Assembly (NCBI GenBank): GCA_934130935.1
Contig: CAKOYQ010000004.1
Coordinates: forward strand, 27,060-91,059
Reading direction: 5' to 3'
Length of the DNA stretch: 64,000 bases
DNA from: an uncultured Clostridia bacterium
Lineage (GTDB): Bacteria; Bacillota; Clostridia; TANB77; CAG-508
This document shows, piece by piece, positions 32,793 to 43,517 of the stretch (within the stretch, counting starts at the first letter, position 1; every line of letters begins with the position of its first letter). The position numbers and the translations under genes were made by a program. Under the pieces are notes generated by a model. The model did not search any database. It was given only the letters and a program-made list of their open reading frames with translations, and had not been told where the DNA came from.

Positions 32793-33164
32793 TTATTTAC
32801 CCATTTTCTCAATAAAATTTCTCATTTTGTTTATCATATCATTAATGTCTTCATATTCAATAAAATGACTTGTGATAAATTTCAAAGATGAACTTACTTT
32901 TATTCCTTTTTCATAGATACACAATATAGGTGTTCTAGCATAATCTGCCCAACCTAATTCTATACCTTGTCCAGTAGCTGGTAATGATACTTCTGCAATT
33001 ACTAAATCGTAATTGGAAATAATATCTTTTGTGTTTATTATTTTATCTTTTTCCTCATGTGGCAAAAAAAATGTATTCGATTGAGTTAAGTCAGAATTTT
33101 TGATTGGATTATAAATTTTGCTTATATAATCATATTTACTTGAATGTGAAATGTATATTTTCAT
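32793..33164 (-). CDS. Nucleoside 2-deoxyribosyltransferase-like protein
   Basis: LPATGQGIELGWADYARTPILCIY matches the NDT-family active-site region; 123 aa. Confidence 0.55.
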   Translation of the reverse strand: MKIYISHSSKYDYISKIYNPIKNSDLTQSNTFFLPHEEKDKIINTKDIISNYDLVIAEVSLPATGQGIELGWADYARTPILCIYEKGIKVSSSLKFITSHFIEYEDINDMINKMRNFIEKMGK

Positions 33165-33241
33165 TTTTTCCTCCTAATTTTATACTACTTTAACTCATTA
33201 TATACTGTAATTTGCATCTTGTATTTATCATAATAGCATAA

Positions 33242-33277
33242 AAGCAGATAATTATCAATCAATTATCTGCTTTTTTT
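33242..33277 (+). terminator. Intrinsic-terminator-like hairpin (12-bp stem AAGCAGATAATT/AATTATCTGCTT followed by T7)
   Basis: Perfect stem with a 7-nt loop and TTTTTTT. It faces the plus strand and may insulate the fab operon from antisense read-through. Confidence 0.4.
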
Positions 33278-33416
33278 ATAATTAAATATGTTTTCATATT
33301 TGTATCTATTTTTAATAATACATATTATGCTAACACAATAAAAAAGGATTAGCTTTTCTTGGAGAACAATTACATAGTGTTATAATCACACCTCAATTAC
33401 TTTCATACATATTCTT

Positions 33417-33474
33417 AAAATAGAGCTATTAGGATTTGAACCTAATTATATTCCTAAATATATAGCTCTTTTAT
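33417..33474 (-). terminator. Candidate terminator hairpin downstream of fabI
   Basis: AGAGCTAT...ATAGCTCT outer stem with an inner TTAGG-TTCAAAT-CCTAA stem-loop, followed on the minus strand by ATTTTAAG. Confidence 0.3.
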
Positions 33475-33622
33475 AAAATTTCAAAATTTAAAATCTAAAA
33501 TTTCTAAAATAATTTTTTAAAAATTTATTTCAAAAATTTTTGTTATATAATTTTTAAAACGTTACACAAAATATTTTACTACCTATTAACATTCATCATT
33601 CTCTCCTTACTACACTTTTTTA

Positions 33623-34417
33623 TTAAACTCCCATAATATTATAGCCGCTATCAGCATATATAATTTGTCCCGTTATCGCATCCGACATATTGCTTAATAA
33701 AAATGTAGCTACATTTCCCACTTGCTCTGTAGTTACATTTTTATGTAAAGGTGCTTTTTCTTCTACAATAGTCAATATAGAATTAAAATCTTTTATGCCT
33801 TTTGCCGATAATGTTTTTATTGGACCTGCTGATATCGCATTTACTCTTATTCCGTCCTTTCCTAAATTTTCTGCTAAATATCTAACACTTGCTTCAAGTG
33901 CAGCTTTTGCTACTCCCATAATATTATAACCTTCTAAAACTTTAGTAGAGCCGTGATATGTTAAAGTGACTAAAGTTGCATTTTCATTTAGCATATCTAG
34001 TTCTCTAGCCATCCTTGCAACTAATACGAAAGAATAACTACTAACGTCAACTGCGTGAGAATATCCTTCTTTACTTGTAAGGATAAAATCATTTCTTAGA
34101 TCTTCAGTATTCGCATGTGCAATTGCATGTACAATTCCATCTAATTTGCCATTTTCTACTTTTATTTTTGTAAATACATCTTTAACTAATTCATCTTCTG
34201 ATGCACCATTTAACACATAAGCTTTACTACCCTTAAATTCACTAATTAGATCTTCTATTTTTTCTTTATTATCTTCACCCATATAAGTAAAAATTAATTT
34301 TGCTCCATTTTCATAAGTTGATTTTGCGATTCCATAAGCAATACTCCACTTGTTTCTAATTCCCATTATTAATATTTTTTTATCTTTTAATAACATTTTA
34401 TACCTCCTTAAACTCAC
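33623..34417 (-). CDS. fabI: Enoyl-[acyl-carrier-protein] reductase (NADH), FabI
   Basis: N-terminal dinucleotide-binding GKKILIMG...SIAYGIA and an SDR fold of 264 aa; last gene of the fab/acc operon. Confidence 0.8.
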   Translation of the reverse strand: MSLRRYKMLLKDKKILIMGIRNKWSIAYGIAKSTYENGAKLIFTYMGEDNKEKIEDLISEFKGSKAYVLNGASEDELVKDVFTKIKVENGKLDGIVHAIAHANTEDLRNDFILTSKEGYSHAVDVSSYSFVLVARMARELDMLNENATLVTLTYHGSTKVLEGYNIMGVAKAALEASVRYLAENLGKDGIRVNAISAGPIKTLSAKGIKDFNSILTIVEEKAPLHKNVTTEQVGNVATFLLSNMSDAITGQIIYADSGYNIMGV

Positions 34418-35210
34418 CCATATTTCTAAATTTCATATATCTATTTTCTACAATTTGATTTCCATTTAGATATTTCATTTGTTCTATTTCTTTTTGTATT
34501 TCTTTTTTTAAACTATTTACAACTTTTTTAAAATTTTCTTCATTATATTCTTTTGGTTCTTTTATAATTATATCTATTACTTTAAGTTCAAATAAGTCCT
34601 TTGCTGTTAATTTCATTTTTTCTGCAGCTTCTTTAAACTTAGATGCATCTTTCCATAAAATACTACTATAGCCTTCTGGTGAAAGAATTGAATAAATGGC
34701 ATTTTCTAACATAAATACCTTATTTGCAACTCCAATTGCTAAAGCTCCTCCACTTGAACCTTCTCCAACTACAATTGATATAATTGGTACTTTGAGCTTT
34801 GCCATTTCAAACATAGATTTAGCAATAGCTTCTCCCTGTCCTTTTTCTTCTGCTTCTATTCCTGGATATGCTCCTTTGGTATCAATAAAAGTAATTACTG
34901 GTCTCTTAAATTTTTCAGCTTGTTTCATAAACCTTATTGCTTTTCTATAACTTTCAGGATTTGGCATTCCAAAATTTCTTTCTATATTTTCTTTTGTTGT
35001 CCTTCCTTTTTGTTCTGCTATAATTGTAAAATTTTGTTTTCCTATTTTGGCTAATCCGCATACTATAGCTTTATCATCTTTAGAGTTTCTATCTCCATGT
35101 AATTCTATAAAATCATCAAATATCTCCTCTATATAGTCAAGTGAAGTCTTCCTTTTGGGATTTCTTGCTATTTCTACTTTTTCCCAAGCTGATAATTTCG
35201 TATTTGCCAT
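34398..35210 (-). CDS. accA: Acetyl-CoA carboxylase carboxyltransferase subunit alpha
   Basis: RPVITFIDTKGAYPGIEAEEKGQGEAIAKSM and VVGEGSSGGALAIG motifs. Confidence 0.9.
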   Translation of the reverse strand: MANTKLSAWEKVEIARNPKRKTSLDYIEEIFDDFIELHGDRNSKDDKAIVCGLAKIGKQNFTIIAEQKGRTTKENIERNFGMPNPESYRKAIRFMKQAEKFKRPVITFIDTKGAYPGIEAEEKGQGEAIAKSMFEMAKLKVPIISIVVGEGSSGGALAIGVANKVFMLENAIYSILSPEGYSSILWKDASKFKEAAEKMKLTAKDLFELKVIDIIIKEPKEYNEENFKKVVNSLKKEIQKEIEQMKYLNGNQIVENRYMKFRNMGEFKEV

Positions 35211-36059
35211 TAAATTTCGCCTCCTTTATGAAACATAATTAATTTATAAATAGTATCTTTTAAATCTTTTCTTTCAACTATCTTATCTATAAAACCATGT
35301 TCTAACAAAAATTCAGCTGTTTGAAAACCATCTGGTAACTTTTCACCTATTGTTTGTTTTATTACCCTTTGACCTGCAAATCCTATCATTGCATGTGGTT
35401 CTGCTAAAACAATGTCTCCCAAACTTGCAAATGAAGCTGTAACTCCTCCATATGTTGGATCTGTTAAAACAGATATATATAATAATCCTGCTTCATCTAA
35501 TTTGGTAAGTGCAGCTGTAGTTTTTGCCATTTGCATTAAAGATATAATTCCTTCTTGCATTCTAGCTCCACCTGAAACAGAAAATATAATAAGTGGTAAT
35601 CTTTTTTCTACTGCTTGCTCAATGGCATATGTTATTTTTTCGCCTACAACACTTCCCATACTTCCCATTAAGAAACCACTATCCATAATACATATAACAA
35701 CATCTTCTCCTTTAATTTTACCAGTTCCGGCATGCTACTGCTTCAGCTAGTCCTGTCTTTTCTCTTAAAGTCTTAAGTTTTTTAGGGTAATCTTCTAATT
35801 CTAGTGGATTCGTTGTTTCTATATTTAAATCAAACTTTTTATATGTATTTTTATCTATTATTAATTCTAACCTTCTATCTATATGCATTCTAAAGTAATG
35901 TCCACAATTTGGGCAAATATTTAGATTATTTCTAATGGTTTCTTTATATAGTATTTCTTTACATTTTTCACATTTTACCCATTTTCCTACTGGTATATCT
36001 ATATTAGAATTTTTATTATTTGTTGGTATTTGCCTTTTCTTTATTTTATCTACAATCAT
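35210..36059 (-). pseudogene. accD: Acetyl-CoA carboxylase carboxyltransferase subunit beta (accD), interrupted by a 1-nt frameshift at ~35730-35745 in this sequence
   Basis: N-terminal Zn ribbon CEKCKEILYK...CPNCGHYF in ORF 35718..36059. The conserved ..TGLAEAV then continues as [32 protein letters not shown] in another frame (ORF 35210..35686). Confidence 0.85.
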
Positions 36060-37411
36060 TTAGTGGTCTCCTTTTTTATTATTTCTTTTTCTATAAATGA
36101 GGTATCAAAATTTCCTCTAATAAAGTTGGGATTTTTAATTATTTCAAATAAAAAATCTTGATTTGTTTGTATTCCTTCTACAACCAGTTCTTCTATTACT
36201 CTTTTCATTTTACTAATTGCTTCATTTCTATTTACTCCAAAAGTAATAAGCTTTGCAATCATGGAATCATAATTTGATGGAATTGTATATCCTTCATAAA
36301 TTGCACTATCTATTCGTACTCCATTTCCTCCTGGAAAATGTAAACCTTTTATTAGTCCTGGACATGTCATAAATTTTTTACTTGGATTTTCAGCATTCAA
36401 TCTACATTCCATAGAATGCCCTTTGAATTCTACATCTTTTTGTTTTATTTTTAGTTCCTCTCCTGTTGCAATTTTTATTTGAGTTTTTACTAAATCTATT
36501 CCTGTTCTCATTTCAGTAATTGGATGTTCTACCTGAATTCTTGTATTCATTTCCATAAAATAAAAATTGTTGTCTTTATCTACTAAAAATTCTACTGTTC
36601 CAAGACTTGTATATCCAGCTGTTTTAGCTGCTTTTATAGCTGCATTCCCCATTTTATTTCTTGTTTTTTCATCAATAGCAGTAGATGGTGTTTCTTCTAT
36701 TACTTTTTGATGATTTCTTTGAATAGTGCAATCTCTTTCTCCTAAATGAATTACATTTCCATGTTCATCTTCTACTATTTGAATTTCGACATGTCTTGGA
36801 TTTTCAATAAATTTTTCTATATATATTTCATCATCATTAAATGAATTCTTCGCCTCTTGTTTTACTACTTCATATTCTTTTTTCAATTCTTCTGCAGTAT
36901 TTGCAACTCTGATACCTTTGCCACCGCCTCCTGCTGCAGCCTTTAACATAACAGGATAGCCTATTTTTTCTGCTATTTCTAATGCATCTTTTAATCCTTT
37001 TACACTTCCATCTGAACCAGGTATAACAGGTACCCCTGCTTTTTTCATCATCTCTTTTGCATTTGATTTATTTCCTAATAAATCAATAACTTTTGACTTT
37101 GGTCCAATAAATTTTATATTTGATTCTTCGCATATTTGAGCAAATTTTGAATTTTCAGATAAAAAACCAAAACCTGGATGAATGCTATCAGCTTTTGTTA
37201 TATATGCTGCTTGTATAATATTTTTTATATTTAAGTAGCTTTTATTAGCTTGAGCTGGTCCAATACAAATAGCCTCATCCGCCAAGCGAGTATGCAAAGC
37301 ATCTTTATCTATTTCAGAATAAACTGCAACTGTCTTTATATTCATTTCTTTACATGCTCTTATAATACGAACTGCAATTTCACCACGATTTGCAATTAAT
37401 ATTTTATTCAT
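36056..37411 (-). CDS. accC: Biotin carboxylase
   Basis: MNKILIANRGEIAVRIIRAC, an ATP-grasp domain, 451 aa. Confidence 0.9.
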   Translation of the reverse strand: MNKILIANRGEIAVRIIRACKEMNIKTVAVYSEIDKDALHTRLADEAICIGPAQANKSYLNIKNIIQAAYITKADSIHPGFGFLSENSKFAQICEESNIKFIGPKSKVIDLLGNKSNAKEMMKKAGVPVIPGSDGSVKGLKDALEIAEKIGYPVMLKAAAGGGGKGIRVANTAEELKKEYEVVKQEAKNSFNDDEIYIEKFIENPRHVEIQIVEDEHGNVIHLGERDCTIQRNHQKVIEETPSTAIDEKTRNKMGNAAIKAAKTAGYTSLGTVEFLVDKDNNFYFMEMNTRIQVEHPITEMRTGIDLVKTQIKIATGEELKIKQKDVEFKGHSMECRLNAENPSKKFMTCPGLIKGLHFPGGNGVRIDSAIYEGYTIPSNYDSMIAKLITFGVNRNEAISKMKRVIEELVVEGIQTNQDFLFEIIKNPNFIRGNFDTSFIEKEIIKKETTK

Positions 37412-37450
37412 TCATTTCTACCTCTTTCAACTTTTAATTTTAAATAGAAC

Positions 37451-37873
37451 CTAAACTAAAGCAAATGTCAATTCACCTTTAGCAACAATCTTTTCATCAA
37501 TTGTTGCTATTGCTTCTCCTACTCCAATTGGCCCTTTTCTTTTTATAATTTTCACTTCTAATTTTAATCTATCTCCTGGTACAACTTTTCTTTTAAATTT
37601 CATTTTATCAATTCCTCCGAATAAAGCATTTTTTCCTTTATTCTCATCCATTGAAAGAATTGCAACCGCTCCTGTTTGTGCTAAGCTTTCTGCAATTAAT
37701 ACTCCTGGCATAATCGGATTACCTGGAAAATGACCTTTAAAATACCATTCTTGCTCATTTACATTTTTATATGCTATTGCTGATTCTCCTGGTACATATT
37801 CTTCTACTTCATCAATCATTAAAAATGGATCTCTTTGTGGAATAATATTTTTGATTTCTTCTTTATTTAGCAT
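37451..37873 (-). CDS. fabZ: 3-hydroxyacyl-ACP dehydratase
   Basis: PFLMIDEV...GHFPGNPIMPGVLIAE hot-dog fold motifs. Confidence 0.9.
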   Translation of the reverse strand: MLNKEEIKNIIPQRDPFLMIDEVEEYVPGESAIAYKNVNEQEWYFKGHFPGNPIMPGVLIAESLAQTGAVAILSMDENKGKNALFGGIDKMKFKRKVVPGDRLKLEVKIIKRKGPIGVGEAIATIDEKIVAKGELTFALV

Positions 37874-38310
37874 TAATTTTCACCTTCTATTCTAAATAAT
37901 GGTGTTCCATATTCTACTGCTTCACCATCTTTTACTAAAATTTCTGTAACTTTGCCTGTATATTCTGACTCAATTTCATTCATTAATTTCATAGCTTCGA
38001 TAATGCAAAGTACATCACCTTTTTTTACTTCTTTTCCTATTTCAATATAAGGTTCTGCTACAGGAGAAGGTTTCAAATAGAAAGTTCCAACCATTGGTGA
38101 TTTTATTATATTTCCTTTTTCTTCTTTTTGGACTTCTATAGTAGTGTTTGGTATCATTATTGGAGTATCCTGAACAGCTTGAACTACAGTTTCTTGTATC
38201 TTATCTTTTTTCATACTAATTTTAGTTCCATCTGGAAACTCAATATCAACTTCTGTTAATTTTGAATTTCCCATCTCTTCTATTAATTGTTTTATTTTTT
38301 CATATTCCAT
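37873..38310 (-). CDS. accB: Biotin carboxyl carrier protein
   Basis: Biotinylation motif EAMKLMNEI in a C-terminal lipoyl-like domain. Confidence 0.85.
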   Translation of the reverse strand: MEYEKIKQLIEEMGNSKLTEVDIEFPDGTKISMKKDKIQETVVQAVQDTPIMIPNTTIEVQKEEKGNIIKSPMVGTFYLKPSPVAEPYIEIGKEVKKGDVLCIIEAMKLMNEIESEYTGKVTEILVKDGEAVEYGTPLFRIEGEN

Positions 38311-39552
38311 CTATTTTTCCTCCCATTTTTTTATGATAATACTAGAGTTGTGTCCTCCAAATCCAAGTGAATTTGACATAACAATATTTAATTTAGTTTT
38401 TCTTGGTTCATTTGGAACAATGTCTAAATCACATTCTTCATCTTTTTCTTTATAATTTATTGTTGGTGGCACTATACCATTTTCCATTGCTTTTACACAA
38501 AAAATTGCTTCTACTGCTCCTGCTGCTCCTAAAAGGTGTCCTATGTTTCCTTTTGTAGAACTTACCATTATTTTTTTACTTGCTTCACCCAATGCTGTTT
38601 TTATAGCCATTGTTTCTGTTAAATCATTTAAATGTGTTGATGTTCCATGTGCATTTATATAATCTATATCTTCTGGTTTTATTTTGGCATCTTTTATCGC
38701 TCTTACCATTGCATTTGCTCCACCTTCTCCATCAGGGCATGGAGATGTTATATGGTAAGCATCTGAAGTTGAACCAAATCCAATAACTTCTGCATATATT
38801 TTAGCGTTTCTTTTTTTTGCATGTTCTAATTCTTCTAATACTAATATTCCACTTCCTTCTCCCATAACAAATCCACTTCTCTTTTTGTCAAATGGAATAC
38901 TTGCTCTATTTTTATCTGTAAATGTACATAGTGCCTTCATATTTTCAAAACCTGCTATCCCAACAGGACATATAGAAGCCTCTGTGCCTCCTGCAACAAC
39001 AACATCTTCATATCCATGTTTTATTGTTTTATACCCTTCTCCTATTGAATGTGTTGAAGAACTACAAGCTGTAACAATTGCAATAGATTCACCTTTAAAT
39101 CCAAATTCTATTGAAATATTTCCAGCTGGCATATTAGTTATTGCCATTGGTATAAACATAGGCGATACCCTATTATTTCCTTTTTCGTAATTAACTTCAC
39201 ATTGATTTTGAATTGTTGTCAATCCACCAATTCCTGTACTAACAAAAATACCTACTCTTTTAAAATCTGTATTTTTTGAAGTTATTCCACTATTTTTTAC
39301 TGCTTCTCTTGCTGCTATTAGTGCAAATTGAGAAGATCTGTCTAATCTTTTTGCATGTTTTGGTTCAAAATAATCTAAAGGATTATAATTTTTCACTTCC
39401 GCACATAAACTCGTTTTAAAATTACTACTATCAAATAGTGAAATTTTATCAATTCCACATTCTTTATTTTCTATTCCTTTCCATGTTTCATTTACATTAT
39501 TTCCTATTGGAGTAATTGTTCCTAATCCCGTTATAACTACTCTTCTTTCCAT
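38311..39552 (-). CDS. fabF: 3-oxoacyl-ACP synthase II
   Basis: KAS fold with active-site Cys (VTACSSSTHSIGE) and His-His residues (NAHGTST, GHLLGAAG). Confidence 0.9.
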   Translation of the reverse strand: MERRVVITGLGTITPIGNNVNETWKGIENKECGIDKISLFDSSNFKTSLCAEVKNYNPLDYFEPKHAKRLDRSSQFALIAAREAVKNSGITSKNTDFKRVGIFVSTGIGGLTTIQNQCEVNYEKGNNRVSPMFIPMAITNMPAGNISIEFGFKGESIAIVTACSSSTHSIGEGYKTIKHGYEDVVVAGGTEASICPVGIAGFENMKALCTFTDKNRASIPFDKKRSGFVMGEGSGILVLEELEHAKKRNAKIYAEVIGFGSTSDAYHITSPCPDGEGGANAMVRAIKDAKIKPEDIDYINAHGTSTHLNDLTETMAIKTALGEASKKIMVSSTKGNIGHLLGAAGAVEAIFCVKAMENGIVPPTINYKEKDEECDLDIVPNEPRKTKLNIVMSNSLGFGGHNSSIIIKKWEEK

Positions 39553-39565
39553 TTGTCATCTCTCC

Positions 39566-40315
39566 TTACATTAACATTCCACCATCAATATGAATTACTT
39601 GACCTGTAATATATGAACTATCACTAGATGCTAAAAACTTAACAACATTTGCAACATCTTGTGGTGTTCCTATTCTTTTTAGAGGAATTTTTTTTGCAAT
39701 TTCTTCTTTAATATCTTCTTTTAATACAGCTGTCATTTGTGTTTCAATAAATCCCGGTGCTACCGCATTAACAGTAATATTTCTTGAAGCAACTTCTTTT
39801 GCTAAACTTTTTGTAAATCCTATAATTCCTGCTTTTGATGCTGCATAATTTGTTTGACCTGCGTTTCCTGATATTCCTACAACTGATGAGATATTTATTA
39901 TTCGACCATTTCTTGCTTTCATCATATAACTAATTACATTTTTAGTCACATTAAATGTGCCTACTAAATTAGTATCTATAACCTGTTTAAAATCTTCTTC
40001 TCTCATTCGCATTAGCAATGTGTCCCTTGTAATTCCTGCATTATTTACTAATACATCTATGTTTCCAAATTCTTCTATAATTTGTTTTACAAATTTCTCA
40101 CAATCCTCAAATTTAGTTACATCCCCTTGAACTGCAAAACACTTTACATTATTTGCTTCTATTTCTCTTTTAGTATTTTTTAAGTCATCATTTTCAGTTC
40201 TATAATTGATTGCAATATCATATCCCTCTTTTGCAAATGTTAAGGCTATTTGCTTTCCAATTCCTCTTGTTCCACCTGTAATTAATGCTAGTTTATTCAT
40301 TTTTTTATCCTCCAT
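39566..40315 (-). CDS. fabG: 3-oxoacyl-ACP reductase
   Basis: SDR motifs TGGTRGIGK and NNAG, and catalytic YAASKAG. Confidence 0.9.
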   Translation of the reverse strand: MEDKKMNKLALITGGTRGIGKQIALTFAKEGYDIAINYRTENDDLKNTKREIEANNVKCFAVQGDVTKFEDCEKFVKQIIEEFGNIDVLVNNAGITRDTLLMRMREEDFKQVIDTNLVGTFNVTKNVISYMMKARNGRIINISSVVGISGNAGQTNYAASKAGIIGFTKSLAKEVASRNITVNAVAPGFIETQMTAVLKEDIKEEIAKKIPLKRIGTPQDVANVVKFLASSDSSYITGQVIHIDGGMLM

Positions 40316-41241
40316 ATTCCTTTAACACTGCTTGCAAACTACAAACATTATTAATATTTAATATTCTTATTTCTTTATTTGTCGGTACTCTTTTTACAAA
40401 TCCTGATAATGTTTTTCCGAGGGCCTATTTCTATAAATGTATCTATTCCATTATTTAGCATATTTTCAATTGTTTTTGAAAATTTAACTGGATTTATAAT
40501 GTGACGGGCCAAAATATCTTTTACATCGTCTGTCTCTTTATAAATTTCGCCATCTATATTTTTAATCACTTTTGTTTCAAACTTATGAACAGTAATATTT
40601 TCAAGGTCTTTTCTAAAAACATTTGAACTTTCTATCAATTTTTCAGTATGAAATGGCCCTGCTGTTTTTAAAACTCTTACCTTTTTTGCACCCATTTCTT
40701 TTGCAATTTTTTCTGCTTCAGTAATTGCTTCTTTTTCTCCAGAAATTACAACTTGACCTACTGAATTATAATTTGCTGGAACTACAAAACCAGATTTTAC
40801 TTTTTTGCAAACATCTTCTACTTCATTATCATTTAAGCCAATAATTGCCGCCATCTGCCATTCTCCACTAGGAAGCAAATTTTGCATATATTCTCCTCGC
40901 TTTTGGACAATTTTTATTCCTTCTTCAAACATAAGTGCTTTACTATTGATTAGTGCTGTATATTCACCTAAACTCAATCCTGCTGACATATTAGCTGTTA
41001 TATTATTATCTTTTAAAATTTCTAATATTGCTAAACTCTCTGTAAGTATCGCAAGTTGTGTATATTTTGTTTCATTTAATATATCTTCTGGTCCTTCAAA
41101 TGATATTTTTGCAATGTCTATTCCTGTTATATTTTTAACTTGATTATATATTTTTCTTGCAGCTTCATATTCTTCATATATATCTTTTCCCATTCCAATA
41201 CTTTGAGAGCCTTGACCAGGAAATAAAAATCCAATATTCAT
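40305..41241 (-). pseudogene. fabD: Malonyl CoA-ACP transacylase (fabD) with an apparent 1-nt frameshift near its 3' end (~40420)
   Basis: Motif GQGSQ. The track ORF ends ..FIEIGPRKNIIRICKKSTDK at 40375, but the adjacent frame continues with the expected FabD C-terminus GKTLSGFVKRVPTNKEIRILNINNVCSLQAVLKEYGG, stopping at 40307-40305 and overlapping the fabG start. Confidence 0.8.
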
Positions 41242-41245
41242 TTTT

Positions 41246-41824
41246 TTAAATAACTCCTCTCTTTTCTATTTCTTTTTCAAATTGATTACAAAATTCTGCT
41301 ATAAATCTCTTAGTATCTACATCTACTCCAAATTCTTTTTTTATGGATGTTGCTATATTTTTTATATCCTTTGTAAATTTTTCCTTTTTAGTGTTAATTC
41401 CAATTCCAACTACTAAGTATTTAATTTTTTCATTAATAAGTTTAGTTTGAGTTAAAATTCCACCTATTTTTTTATTATTAAATGTAATATCATTTGGCTC
41501 TTTAATATTTAAATTAATTCCATATTTATTCTTAAAAATATCAACAATTATATTTGCAATTTTTATTGTAAGTCCATCTAATCTTTGAATATTACAATTT
41601 GTTTTTATAAAAAATGAAAATGCTATATTATTTGCCTCATCTGTATGCCAGACTCTTCCATGTGTTCCTATTCCTTTATCCTGAATATCTGCAAATACTA
41701 AAGTACCATCTGGAGTATTTTTGTTTTCTATTAATCTCCAAATTTCATTTTGTGTTGAATCTATTTTGCTATAAAAAATACTATTTCTTCCTAAAAATTT
41801 AGTCTTTAAGTTTTCTAATTGCAT
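41246..41824 (-). CDS. birA: Biotin--[acetyl-CoA-carboxylase] ligase, group I (no HTH)
   Basis: BPL catalytic motifs KGIGTHGRVWHT and KEPNDITFNNKKIGGIL; 192 aa. Confidence 0.7.
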   Translation of the reverse strand: MQLENLKTKFLGRNSIFYSKIDSTQNEIWRLIENKNTPDGTLVFADIQDKGIGTHGRVWHTDEANNIAFSFFIKTNCNIQRLDGLTIKIANIIVDIFKNKYGINLNIKEPNDITFNNKKIGGILTQTKLINEKIKYLVVGIGINTKKEKFTKDIKNIATSIKKEFGVDVDTKRFIAEFCNQFEKEIEKRGVI

Positions 41825-43517
41825 CTAAATTCTCCTGTCTTTTTATCTTATTTGTTGTTGTTCTAATAAGTGGCTCTTCTGTTAGCATTATTCCCCTTAT
41901 TGCTTTATAAGATGGCATTGTTTGGTTGACTTCTTTAATTTTCTTTGACAAGACTTTATATATGTCTTCATCTTTTTCAACTTTGTAAACATCTTTTATA
42001 ACATCTCTATCAAATACTATCTTTACATTTATTTTTATATTGTTCTCATCATTTGATTGTATTCTTCCAAAAATAAACGACTCTTTTATTCCTTCTATTT
42101 TATTTACTAAATTTTCCATTTCTTCTGGAAATATGTTTTTGCCATTTTTTAATACTATTACACTTTTCTTTCTACCACATATAAATATATATCCTTCTTC
42201 ATCTATTTTAGCTAAATCTCCTGTATAGAACCATCCATCTTGTAATGATTTTACATTTACTTTTTCATTTTCATAATATCCTAGCATTACACTTGGTCCT
42301 TTAACTACTAGTTCTCCAATTCTATCATCATTTACATCTACAAGTTTTGCTTCTACACTTGGAACTGTTTTTCCGATTGATCCTAACTTATAATTTTTAT
42401 TTGTTCCAACTGCCACGACAGGCGAAGTTTCAGTCAATCCATATCCTTGTACTAAATTTAATCCTAATAATCTATATCTTTCTTCTATTGTCTTATCTAA
42501 AGCTGCGGCTCCACTTATCAATAATTTTATTTTTCCACCTAGCATATCATGTATTTCTTTAAATACCTCTTTCTTTTTTTGCATAGAGAAATTTTTATAT
42601 TTTTCTTCATTTTCTAATATTTCCTCAAGTTTCCCTTGTTTTTCTAATTTCTTTCTAATCATCATAAATATTCTTTCATATATACCTGGTACACATGCCA
42701 TGACTGTTACATGATATTCATTTAGGTTTTCTACTATATGTCTTAAACCATCACAAAATACAGTCTCTGCTCCTTTATATAATGAAAATAAAAATCCTAC
42801 TGTACATTCAAATACATGGTGTATTGGCAAAACAGACAGAAAAACATCTTCTTGCGTTACATCTAACACACTTCCAATATCCATTAAATTTGTGCAAATA
42901 TTTTCGTGAGAAAGTGCTACAACTTTAGATTTAGATGTTGTTCCTGATGTAAATAACATAATACTCATCTCTTTTGGATTGATCTGTGCATTTAAAAATT
43001 CTTTATTTCCTTCTTCTATCAGTTTCTTACCTTTTCGTATTAATTCTTTTTGTGAATATATACCTTCAAAATTCTCATCATTGTCCATAGAAATTAAATG
43101 TTTTAATTTGTTTTTCTCACTATATCTAATATTTTGAATTATATCTGAATATTTTTTTGTATAAAATATCGCTTCTATATCAGATCTTTCTATCAATAGT
43201 TCTAGCTCATTTGCTGGTAGTGATTTATCTAACGGAACAACAATTCCTGTTCCACATACAATTGATAAATATGCTATTTCCCATTCATATCTATTTTCTC
43301 CAATAACTGCAATTCTTTTTCCCTTTAGACCTAAATTTATTAATGCTGTTCCTAAATTATTTATCATATCTCGTACTTCGCTATGTGAGTAAGTTTTATA
43401 TTTTCCATTTTCTACTTTAATTTTATATGCTGGCCTTTTTGCATATAATTTTCCTGTTTTGTTTAACATGTCTTTTAAATCTTTAATTTCTAAATAATCA
43501 TATATTTTTTTATTCAT
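41799..43517 (-). CDS. AMP-dependent acyl-CoA synthetase (long-chain fatty-acid--CoA ligase-like)
   Basis: AMP-binding motif LFTSGTTSKSKVV and GYGLTE; 572 aa; first gene of the block. Confidence 0.75.
   Translation of the reverse strand: MNKKIYDYLEIKDLKDMLNKTGKLYAKRPAYKIKVENGKYKTYSHSEVRDMINNLGTALINLGLKGKRIAVIGENRYEWEIAYLSIVCGTGIVVPLDKSLPANELELLIERSDIEAIFYTKKYSDIIQNIRYSEKNKLKHLISMDNDENFEGIYSQKELIRKGKKLIEEGNKEFLNAQINPKEMSIMLFTSGTTSKSKVVALSHENICTNLMDIGSVLDVTQEDVFLSVLPIHHVFECTVGFLFSLYKGAETVFCDGLRHIVENLNEYHVTVMACVPGIYERIFMMIRKKLEKQGKLEEILENEEKYKNFSMQKKKEVFKEIHDMLGGKIKLLISGAAALDKTIEERYRLLGLNLVQGYGLTETSPVVAVGTNKNYKLGSIGKTVPSVEAKLVDVNDDRIGELVVKGPSVMLGYYENEKVNVKSLQDGWFYTGDLAKIDEEGYIFICGRKKSVIVLKNGKNIFPEEMENLVNKIEGIKESFIFGRIQSNDENNIKINVKIVFDRDVIKDVYKVEKDEDIYKVLSKKIKEVNQTMPSYKAIRGIMLTEEPLIRTTTNKIKRQENLDAIRKLKD

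Noticed and set aside
33431-33449. tRNA-like T-arm (TTAGG-TTCAAAT-CCTAA) with a flanking 7-8 bp acceptor-like stem on the minus strand, suggesting a tRNA fragment or ICE att site
   Set aside because: Only 17 nt separate the acceptor stem from the T-arm, so there is no D or anticodon arm. The structure is better explained as a terminator hairpin downstream of fabI.
35686-35718. Programmed frameshift or two-gene split of accD
   Set aside because: Bacterial AccD is a single polypeptide. A 1-nt indel at a non-slippery site is more simply a sequencing or consensus error, or a recent mutation.
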